From the NCBI RefSeq assembly GCF_009914755.1, contig NC_060936.1: a stretch of DNA of 64,000 nt. One strand, written 5' to 3'. This document shows, piece by piece, positions 53,771-64,000 of the stretch. Numbering within the stretch: the stretch's first letter is position 1; each line of letters begins with the position of its first letter. The stretch is from the human T2T-CHM13v2.0 reference genome, Homo sapiens. The position numbers and the translations under genes are program-made. The notes under the pieces are model-generated. The model did no database searches and was not told the origin of the DNA. It saw only the letters and a program-made list of their open reading frames with translations.

Positions 53771-54426
53771 TGTTGCAGGAATTAGTAGGACAAGAGAGAC
53801 CTTGGGGTGTATACAGGAAGATCTTTATTGAGTACACTCAGACCCAGCAGACTTATCCAAAAACTGAGCCTAGAACAAAGACAGCACTTAATTTTTATAC
53901 ACACTTCAAAAAGGGGGCATGCTAGCTTGAAGCAGGCTTACCATGGTGCAAAAGCAAGGATACAGAGGCAGAACAAAGACAGTTAATCAAATTGTGACAG
54001 GCTCATAACTCAGGATTACACAAGACCATTGCTATGCAGCCCAGATGTTTGTTATCTGGGTTTGCCCTAGTGCCTAGCATTCCATGACCTTCACTATGGC
54101 ACCCAGATGGCTGTATCTCACCCCTGCTCAGATGGTTTAGGGTGTTCACTATACCACTTAGATAAAACAGAATACTTGAATTTACTAGTTACAGAGAACA
54201 GGAATCTATAAACTCATACCATAAGAGAAAGGAAAATTTGTTTTTCTCCTCCCTATGTTGAGGGAGTGCTGGGAGAGTCTTCAGGGCACATTAGATAGTA
54301 TTATCAAGACTTTTCCTGGGTCTGGGCTGTGCCTGTTTCTGCCTCTGGGACAAGTCAGCCTAATACAGGAAAGCTTATTTCTCTTTTTAATTTTATTTCT
54401 CTTTCTTTCTTTAATTTCCCACCTCA
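53771..54426 (-). mobile_element. ERV1-class solo LTR (subfamily not assigned) inserted in an older LTR
   Basis: TG..CA ends; 4-bp TSD ATAA at 53767-53770 / 54427-54430; antisense AATAAA and TATA. Confidence 0.8.
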
Positions 54427-54538
54427 ATAACTCATTCATGAACCAATCACTGTGCATGGAGGGTAGAAATTAATACCCATTTTCTCCTTTTTATAGTAGC
54501 AAAAGGAATTTTCAGTGTTGGGAAAGAAATAATTTTTG

Positions 54539-56098
54539 CCCTCTCCCTCTCCCTCTCCCTCTTCCTCTCCTTCTCCCTCTCCCTCTCCCTCTCCCTCTCC
54601 CTCTCCCTCATCCCCGTCTCCCGCTTTCCACGGTCTCCCTCTGTTGCTGAGGCTGGACTGTACTGCCACAATCTCGGCTCACTGCAACCTCCCTGCCTGA
54701 TTCTCCTGTCTCAGCCTGCCGAGTGCCTGTGATTCCAGGCGCGCGCTGCCATGCCTGACTGGTTTTTGTATTTTTTGGTGGAGAGGGGGTTTCGCCGTGT
54801 TGGCCGGGCTGGTCTCCAGCTCCTGACCTCGAGTGATCTGCCCACCTCAGCCTCCCAAGGTGCAGGGATTGCAGACGGAGTCTTGCTCACTCAGTGCTCA
54901 ATGTTGCCCAGGCTGGAGTGCAGTGGCGTGATCTCAGCTCGCTGCAACCTCCACCTCCCAGCTGCCTGCCTTGGCCTCCCAAAGTGCTGAGATTGCAGCC
55001 TCTGCCCAGCTGCCACCCCGTCTAGGAAGTGAGGAGCATCTCTGCCTGGCCACCCATTGTCTGGGATATGAGGAGCCCCTCTGCCCGGCTGCCCAGTCTG
55101 GGAAGTGAGGAGCGCCTCTTCCCGGCCATCATCCCGTCTAGGAAGTGAGGAGGGTCTCTGCCTGGCCGCCCATCGTCTGGGATGTGGGGAGCGCCTCTGC
55201 CCGGCCGCCCCGTCTGGGAGGTGAGGAGCATCTCTACCCAGCCACCACCCTGTCTGGGAGGTGAGGAGTGCCTCTGCCCGGCTGCGACCCTGTCTGGGAA
55301 CTCAGGAGTGCCTCTGCCCGGCCACCCCATCTGAGAAATGAAGAGCCCCTCCACCCAGCAGCCACCCCATCTGGGAAGTGAGGAGCATCTCCGCCCGGCC
55401 GCCCCGTCTGGGAGGTGGGGGGCACCGCGGTCCGGCAGCTGCCCCGTCTGGGAGGTTGGGGGGGCGCCCCCGCCCCACAGCCACCCCGTCTGGGAGGTGG
55501 GAGGCCCCTCTGCCTGGCTGCCACATCTGGGAAGTGAGGAGCCCCTCTGCCCAGCCGCCACCCCATCTGGGAGGTGTACCCAACAGCTCATTGAGAATGG
55601 GCCATGATAACGATGGCAGTTTTGTTGAATAGAAAAGGGGGAAATGTGGGGAAAAGAAAGAGAGATCAGATTGTTACTGTGTCTGTGTAGAAAGAAGTAG
55701 ACATAGGAGACTCCATTTTGTTCTGTACTAAGAACAGTTCTTCTGCCTTGGGATGCTGTTAATCTATAACCTTACCCCCAACCCTGTGCTCTCTGAAGCA
55801 TGTGCTGTGTCAACTCAGGGTTAAATGGATTAAGGGCCGTGCAAGATATGCTTTGTTAAACAGATGCTTGAAGGCAGCATGCTCGTTAAGAGTCATCACC
55901 ACTCCCTAATCTCAAGTACCCAGGGACACAAACACTGCAGAAGGCCGCAGGGTCCTCTGCCTAGGAAAACCAGAGACCTTTGTTCACATGTTTATCTGCT
56001 GACCTTCTCTCCACTATTGTCCTATGACCCTGCCAAATCCCCCTCTCCGAGAAACACCCAAGAATGATCAATAAATACTAAAAAAATTAAAAAAAAAT
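54539..56098 (+). mobile_element. Full-length SVA retrotransposon (old, SVA_A/B-like)
   Basis: (CCCTCT)n 54539-54609, Alu-like domain, GC-rich VNTR ~55010-55570, SINE-R, AATAAA at 56070, A tail; degenerate TSD AAA(G/A)AAATA(A/G)TTTT. Confidence 0.95.
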
Positions 56099-57489
56099 AG
56101 TTTTCTAGCCTCTCTTCCATCTGGATGTGGACTTATGACTAAAATCTGGCTAATGATAAGCTGGCAAAAAATTTGTTCAGCTTACAACTCACAGCCCTAA
56201 AAGAAAGGAGTATGTGCTCCTTGTTCCTATTTTTCCTTTTCTCTTGGTTGGAATTAAAACTTGGTAATGAGCCATATTGGAACATGTGAATAAGAACAAC
56301 ACCTAAAGATGGTAAAGCAAGGTATAAGGAGTCAGGGCTTTAGACACTGGGAAGCTACCATGCCACCTTGGCCTGCTTCTGCTCAAACTGCTGCTGCAAG
56401 AGAGAAATAACCATTATGACTAAACTAAAAGGAATCAGCTAAAATAATCCAAAGTGGTATCCTCTGTGGAGTGGGAAATAGAAGGAAATAGGAGGGAAGC
56501 TCCTGTGGGTTTTCATAACAGCCCTTGTAACTATTTGGTTGTCTGTGTGCCCATATACTGTTTGTAAAAATAAAAACCACAATTTGAAAAGGAATGAGAT
56601 AGAGAGAAGGATTCTCTTCTTTCTCTAAGTAGTCTTCTGTTGCAAACACCTAAGGTTGTGGTTTAGGGGAAATATCAAAAGTATAAAGAAGAAAATAAAA
56701 ACCACAGGCATCTGACTACCCAAAGATAATTGCTGTTAAGTGTTCAGCTAAGACTCAGTATATTTCCTCCCAGTCAAATATTTAACCCAGCACATTTCTG
56801 TTGCATCTCAAGATTCAATTGAATGGAATAAACACAAGCTGGTCACTGAGTGCAAATAACATAAGAGATAAGACACAGTTCTTGTCCTTTAATTCTGTTA
56901 TGGGTTAGACTTACACTGTTAGAAGCAAAAGCAACATGGGGCTTTGATTGCTTCAAGAAATCACCTGCCTAATTTCCTTCTTATTAACAAATAAACACTG
57001 TACTTACTGAGTTTAATCCTTGCAGCACCAGAAGTTCTAAAAAGAGAAGAAACTTTGCAAGGCCAGTAATATGCCTTCAAAATTATATGCATTCCAGGCT
57101 AGACAGGAATTTACTAAATTTAATTATTATTGTATACCTACTACAAGAGCTCACAGGCCTTCACTTTGGCTGACCTGACTGAGAGTGACATTGTTATCCT
57201 TGGTGTAGCTTCAATGTAAAGCCTGGGGCACTACAGTTGCCTGATGACCCCAAGTGGTTAATTTCTTTTGGCTTTATTATCCCAATAAGAAAAATTAAAT
57301 TCTGTATACCTTAAGCCCAGTTCAGATCATGAAAACTATAATTCCTTTTCTTATACCAATCTGATGAAGAAAAAAATTTAAACAAGACAAACAGGTGAAA
57401 AAATGCTTTGCATCAGAGCTGTTTGTTGAGCTGCAGGGTCTTGAATCCACTTGCTCTGCAGTTACAATTCTGTGTGGAGGTGGGAGACA

Positions 57490-57690
57490 TCAGTGTCACA
57501 CGGTGGTTCAGCACATGTCACTGGAGCCTGACTGCCCAGGTTAGAACCTCAGCTTTCATCTCACTTGGTTCCTTATCCGTAGAATTGACATGTTAAAAAT
57601 AGCAAATGATTGTTACAGAAGATTAAATGAGTTAGTATTTACAATGCACTTATTCCAGTGACTGGCATTTAATATGGGCTATGTAAACAT
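57490..57690 (+). mobile_element. MIR
   Basis: Degenerate MIR core (GAAGATTAAATGAGTTA). Confidence 0.6.
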
Positions 57691-57794
57691 TTCTTGAATA
57701 ATAAAAATAAATCCTGTCTGAATGAATTCAAATAAAAGGCTTGGCCATTGCTATTCATAAAAAATTATAGACTTAAGAATTAGCTGACAAATCT

Positions 57795-59175
57795 TAATTT
57801 ATTTATTTGTATTTTTTTAGACAAGGCCTCTTGCTCTGTCACCCAGGCTGGAGTTCAGTGGTGCTATCATGGCTCATTGCAGCCTCCATCTCTTGGGCTC
57901 AAGGGATTCTCCTGCTTCAGCCTCCTAAGTAGCTGGGACTACAAGTGTGTGCCACCACATCTATTGGGGGAACCAGCCCCCAATATTTCAATGTAGGTTC
58001 TTTTCTATTTTCCCTAAGTGTCAGCCAGTCTGACAAATAAAGAGTGCAAAGAGAGAAATTTTACAGCTGGGCCTCCTCGGGTGCCATCACATATTGGTAG
58101 GACCATGATGGTGACCTCAAGCCACAAAACCAGCAAGTTTTTATTAGGGATTTTAGAAGGAGAAGGAGTGTATGAATAGGGAGTGGGTCACAGAGATCAC
58201 ATGCTTCAAAAGGCAATAAAAGATCACAAGGCAAATGGCAGAGCAGGATCACAAGGCAAGAGCGAAATTAGAATTACTGATGAGGATCCATGTCCTGCTG
58301 AGCATGCATTGTCTTGATAAACATTTTAACAGGAAACAGGGTTCAAGAGCAGACAACCGGTCTGTCTAGAATTCACCATCCTGGAATTTCCCAATCCTAG
58401 CAAGCCTGAGGGCACTGCAGGAGACCAGGGCATATTTCATCCCTTATCTCCAACTGCATAAGACGGACACTCCCAGAGCGGCCATTTATAGACCTCCACC
58501 TGGGAATGCATTCCTTCCCCAAGGTTATTCCTTGCTGGGAAAAGAATTCAGCAATATTTTTCCTATTCACTTTCTGCAAGAAGAGAAATATGTCTCTGTT
58601 CTTCCCGGCCCTGCAGGCAGTCAGACCTTATGGTTATCTCCCTTGTTCCCTGAAAAGTGCTGTTATCCTGTTCTTTTTCAGGGTGCCCAGATTTCATATT
58701 GTTCAAACACACATGTTTTACAAACAATTTGTACAGTTAACGCAATCATCACAGGGTCCTGAGGTGACATACATCCTCAGCTTATGAAGATGACAGGATT
58801 AAGAGATTAAAGACAGGCATAGGAAATTATAAGAGTATTGACTGTGGAAGTGATAAATGTCCATGAAATCTTCACAATTTATGTTCAGAGATTGCAGTAA
58901 AGACAGGTGTAAGAAATTATAAAAGTATTAATTTTGGGAACTAATAAATGTCCATTAAATCTTCACAACTTATGTTCTGCCACAGCTTCAGCCGGTCCCT
59001 CTGTTTGGGGTCCCTGACTTCCTGCAACACACATCCAGCTAAGTTTTTATTATTTGTAGAGGTTAAGTTTCACTATGTTGCTCAGGCTGGTCCCAAACTC
59101 CTGGGCTCAAGTGATCCTCCTACCTCAGTGTCCCAAAGTGCTTGGATTACAGGCATGAGCCACTGCATTTGGCCC
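57795..59175 (-). mobile_element. AluJ split by a MER11 LTR
   Basis: Alu arms at 57795-57961 and 59030-59175 rejoin colinearly. Confidence 0.9.
57962..59029 (-). mobile_element. MER11 solo LTR
   Basis: Reverse complement of the 28636-30046 element type; perfect TSD CACATC. Confidence 0.93.
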
Positions 59176-59289
59176 CTTACATTCTTTATGTCAGCTCCTT
59201 AACAAGCTGGTTGGTTTTCTCTTTCTCATGTAATTCATGAAAAATAAGATATCCCACAATTATTATTAGACAATAGATATTCTATCACC

Positions 59290-59520
59290 TAGTAATAATA
59301 TAATAGTAAACACGTCTCACTTTCTATATATCAGATGCAGTTTTAATTATGTGCCTCATCTCATTTAATCTTTACAGTAACCCAGTTTACAGTTAAGGAA
59401 ACTAAGGCATGCAGAAATTAATTTACTTGCCCAAGGTTACGCAGTTTGTATGTGATAGATCCTGGGTTCAGTCCTAGGCAAGCTGGCTCCAGAGTCCATG
59501 TGCTTCCCCACCCATGACAC
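59290..59520 (-). mobile_element. MIR
   Basis: TTTACAGTTAAGGAAACTAAGGC...CTTGCCCAAGGTTAC. Confidence 0.7.
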
Positions 59521-61014
59521 TGGGCTGCCCCCAAAGAGCATGCCATGTCAGGAATAACACACAACTTTGACTGCTACTGATCCTTATGTCTCTGCTCTAG
59601 CTATAGCCCTGTTATTCACCAAGCCTCATCAAGGCTCATTACTTCCCATATGATAGAAAACAATTGCCAACTTCTTTCATATTTGAACTTTTCTTTCCAC
59701 TTCCATCAAAATTTGTTTTATCCCATAGAAAAATCAGAATCTGCTGATTCTGAATTCTATATCCACCAGATCCACAGTCAAAGTTTGCCTGAAGAAAACT
59801 CAGCTAATGGTCAGAAGGTCAACTGGCCAATTTAGACCCCATCCAGGGAGCTCTACTTGGAGAAAGAGCTCACAGGCAATGTCTGTATTTTAGCTTTGCA
59901 GGTCCTCACATTCAATTCCAACCATTACCCCAGGAGATCAAGCTCTGAAAGGAAGTTGATTTACAAACCCAGAACCCAATTTACAAGAGAAGCTACTGCT
60001 AGGTGGAAAACCTACGTAGGGCATAATCATGGGCCACTAACTTATTCTGAGTGAGATCAAGGACACTGAGAGCACCTATTAGAGATCAGAAGGTTGTTTC
60101 ATGAGGCCAGGTTTACAGCCAAAGAAATCTGATGTTTTTAAAGAATATTTATATCAAGTTCCTGGAATGAACTGCCTCTCTTCACTCTAGTAGTATGGGG
60201 TCCTGAGAGCCAGCAGCAGCTGTTGAGGCCAGAACAGCCTCTCTCTTGCACAGGGCAGCAGGCCACCAGGCATGGTCCTTCTCTTTGGCTACCTTCTCCT
60301 AGGATCCAGGAAACCCATCACCCCTGGTAGACCCTCTTCTACTCTCACTTGCTGCAGTGTATGGAGTACATGCATGGAATGTGCACACATTATATTCCAG
60401 GCCTGCTTTCTTGGAGACATGCCTCGCCCTGATGAAATTCTGAAGTGTCCCATGACACCTTAGTGAGACATTTGCAAATCATCTCTTGGGTAGAGGTTCT
60501 TCTAAGATGACTCATCTTGCATTTGAGTGACATTATTTCTAAAATTATTCCAAATTCTGAGCTCATCTCCTGACTTACAGCCAGTAGCTACATTATGCAT
60601 CAACTAGGGATTTAACATTATAAGTGAAGTGATAATATATGATTGTGGTGGTTTGCACAAGAGGGGAGAGAGTAAGAAGGAAAGGAAGGAGTTAAACCAG
60701 TTAAACCTAGTTAAGTGCCAGTGATTATTTATTCAAGTAAATTTAATACTTTGTACTTATCTTGCTTTACTTGTCTTGGCCAGAAAAATATTTAAAAACC
60801 CTCTTGTCACTAGAATGACCTTAGAATTACGACCCTAGACTCAGACATAGACTTGACAGAATACAAAAAGATGACATTTGAATATCAGTAAGAATTGTCT
60901 CATTACAGATAGAAAGAATAGGAAAATAATTCAGCTTAGAATATAACTGGAAAGGATCCATTGGATCCAGTCAGTTGGTGAAGCAACCTGAATGAGAGTT
61001 GCAGGCTTACATCA

Positions 61015-63423
61015 TGATATGGTTTGGATTTTTGTCTCTGCCCAAATCTCATGTTGAATTGTAATCCCCAATGTTGAAGGAGGGGCCTGGTGAGAGATGA
61101 TTGGATCATAAGGGTAGATTTCCACCTTGCTATTCTTGTGACAGTAAGTTCTCATGAGATCTAGTTGTTTAAAAATGTGTAGCACCTATCCCTTTTCCCT
61201 ATCCTTCCTTCTCCAGCCATGTAAGATGTGCCTGCTTCCCCTCTCATGATTATAAGTTTCCTGAGATCTCCTCAGCCATGCTTCCTATACAGCCTGCAGA
61301 ACTGTGAGTGAACTAAACCTCTTTTCTTGATAAATTATCCATTCTCAGGTAGTTCTTTATAGCAATGTGAGAATGGACTAATATGGAAATTGGTACCAGG
61401 AGTAGGGCATTGCTATAAATATACCTGAAGTAGGGCATTGTTATAATTATACCCGAAAATGTGAAAGAAACTTTGGAACTAGGTAATGAGCAGAGGTTGT
61501 ACACTTTGGAGGGCTCAGAAGAAGACAGGAAGATGAGGGAAAGTTTGGAACTTCCTAAAGACTTGTTAAATGGTTGTGGCCAAAATGCTGATAGTGATAT
61601 GAACAATGAATTCCAGGCTGAGGAGGTCTCAGATGGACATTAGGAACTTATTGGGAACTGGAGTAAAGGTCACTCTTGCTATGCTTTAGGAAAGAGACTG
61701 GCAGCCTTGTGCCCCTGATCTAAGGATCTGTGGAAATTTGAACTTGACAGTAATAATTTAGGGTAGCTGGCAGAAGAAATTTCTAAGTAGCAAAGCATTT
61801 GAGATTTGGCCTAGCTGCTTCTAACAGTGTGTGGTCCTCCATGTGTGCAAAGAGATGATCTGAAACTGGAACTTATATTTAAAAGGGGAGCAGAATATAA
61901 ATGTTTAGAAAATTTTCAGTCTGACCATGTGGTAGAAAATAAAAACCTATTTTCTGGGGGAGGAATTCAAGTTGGCTGTAGATATTTTCATAAATAAAGA
62001 GGAACCAAATGTTAATAGCCAAGACAATGGGGAAAATGTATCAGAAGTCATCAGAGACTTTTGTGGCAGCACCTTCCATCAGAGGCCTGGAGATCTAGGA
62101 TGGAAGAATGGCTTTGTGGACTGGACCCAGGGCCCTGATGTCCTGCACAACCTTGGGACACTGCTCCCTGCATCCCAGCCACGTCAGCTTCAGCCATGGC
62201 TAAAAGGGCCCCAGATAAGTCTCAGGCTGCTGCTCCAGAGGGTGCAAGCCATTAAGCCTTGGCAGCTCCTATGTGGTGTTAAGCCTGCAGGTGTGCAGAG
62301 GGCAAAAGTTGAGGCTTGGGATCCTCTGTCTAGATTTCAGAGGATGTATGGAAACACCTGGATGATCAGGCAGAAGTCTGATGCAGGGGTGGAGCCCTCA
62401 TGGAGAACTTTTACTAGGGCAGTGCAGAAGGGAAATATGGGGTTGGAAGTCTCACACAGAGTCCCCACTGGGGCACTGCGTAGTGGAGCTGTGAGAAGAC
62501 AGTCACCATCCTCCAGACCCTAGAATGATAGATACACTGACAACTTGTACTGTGCACCTGGAAAAGCTGTAGGCACTCAACACCAGCCCATGAAATCAGT
62601 TGAGGGAGATGTACCCTGTAGAGCCACAGAGGTGGCACTGCCCAAGGCCTTGGGAGCCCATCCCTTGCATCAATGTAGCCTACATGTGAGACATGGAGTC
62701 AAAGGAGATTATTTTGGAGCTTTAACATTTAATGACTGCCCTTCTGGGTTTTGGACTTGCATGGGGCCTGTAGTCCCTTTGTTTTGGCTGATTTTTCCCT
62801 TTTGGAATGAGTGTACTTACCCAATGCCTGTAGCCCCATTATATCTTGGAAGTGACTAACTTGTTTTTTATTTTACAGGGTCATAGGTGGAAGGGACTTG
62901 CCTGGTCTCATATGAGACTTTTGGTTGTGAACTTTTGAGTTAATGCTGAAACGAGTTAAGACTTTGGTGGGCTGTTGAGAAGAGATGATTGCATTTTGCA
63001 ATGTGAGAAAGACACGAGATTTGGGAGTGGCCAAGGGCCGAATGATATGGTTTGTATCTGTGTCCCTGCCCAAATCTCATGTCCAATTGTAATACATAAT
63101 ATTGGTGGAGGGGCCTGGTGGGAGGTGATTGGATAATGGGAACAGATTTCACCCTTGCTGTTCTCATGATAGTGAGTGAGTTCTCATGAGATCTGTTTAA
63201 AAGTGTGTAGCACCTCCCCCTTCATCCTCTTCCTCCTTCTCTGGCCATGTAAGATGTGCCTGTTTCCCCTTCACCTTCTGCTGTGATTGTAAGTTTTCTG
63301 AGACCTCCCTGGACCATGCTTCTTGTACAGTCTGCAGAACTCTGAGTCAATTAAACCTCTTTTCTTTATAAATAACCCAGTCTCAGGTAGTTCTTTATAG
63401 CAACATGAGAATGGACTAATACA
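61015..63423 (+). mobile_element. Complete MST MaLR element (LTR 61015-61384, internal region, LTR 63043-63423)
   Basis: Two homologous LTRs starting TGATATGGTTTG and ending GGACTAATA(CA); MaLR internal ORF relic 61972-62523. Confidence 0.92.
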
Positions 63424-64000
63424 GACTGGATGTGCGAATTAGGGGCACCCACTATAAGGCGGGGGTAGTGGGTTGTGTGAGGCATCCCCATGCAGCATAG
63501 GGGCATTTAAAAGGGCTTCTAATAAATGTTCCCCATCATTGTGAGAAAATTCTTGCTATATGTCTACAGCTATAAATATTCTTATCCCAATCAAAATCTC
63601 AGGTCTATATCCAAGTTCAGCCACTTTAAAAGGCAATGTCAAATTACTTGGAATGAAATAATTTTCTCTTTATTGGGTAAATGTCTGAGGAGATTTATAA
63701 TAGAGTATAGAAATGGTAATGTATAGAGACAGTCAAGTAAACCAAACCCTGAATTATTATTTTGAATTAAATTTGGAAATGATTTATACAGTATTTTAAG
63801 TATTTAAAAATAAAAGAGAATGTGGCATATTATGAACAATTTCACATAATAGATTATCAAACACATTTGCTTTCTAATTCCAATTTTTAAATGTATAATG
63901 AGTATTCAATTAGATTTGTGATTTTAAGATAAAAGAAAATTGTGCTATATTATAAATCATATTAGAAAGTTTAAGATAACGTGGCTTTGCCATATTTATA

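Noticed and set aside
55010-55570. Regularly spaced GC-rich repeats (CRISPR-like) and a 189-aa ORF
   Set aside because: This is the SVA VNTR: no unique spacers, no cas genes, eukaryotic context.
59836-60400. RELY-like (~59837) and CME-like (~60371) motifs as possible SDR exons 3 and 4
   Set aside because: Similarity ends after 3-4 residues; no GVKV..IEPG or HP.TRY follows.

Overview
Repeat-dense hominoid primate (very probably human) non-genic DNA. An SVA plus AluY-type, MER9 and MER11 elements fix the lineage. I see no intact protein-coding gene, and the ORF track is almost entirely Alu, L1, LTR, SVA or microsatellite read-through. The non-repeat signals are: (i) two disabled, oppositely oriented exons of retinol/sterol short-chain dehydrogenases (SDR9C family: HSD17B6/RDH16/SDR9C7), a cofactor-binding first coding exon on - at 16.9-17.2 kb and a catalytic YxxxK exon on + at 31.6-31.8 kb that the ORF track misses; (ii) a full-length processed pseudogene of 14-3-3 theta (YWHAQ) with an extra ~115-bp GC-rich leader; (iii) a SNORA48 H/ACA snoRNA retrocopy with both boxes intact. 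From recall, this combination suggests the interval between HSD17B6 and SDR9C7/RDH16 on human 12q13.3 (inference, not verified). There are also two non-autonomous ERV1-type proviruses with both LTRs and recognisable PBSs, two MST MaLR elements, many solo LTRs, a full-length old SVA, deep TE nesting, and two short inverted, locally templated insertions (145 bp and 27 bp) that look like template-switch repair scars. I found no convincing novel functional system; the best leads are the SDR gene relics and the templated insertions. Repeat subfamily names and parent-gene comparisons come from memory of consensus sequences and need RepeatMasker/BLAST confirmation.
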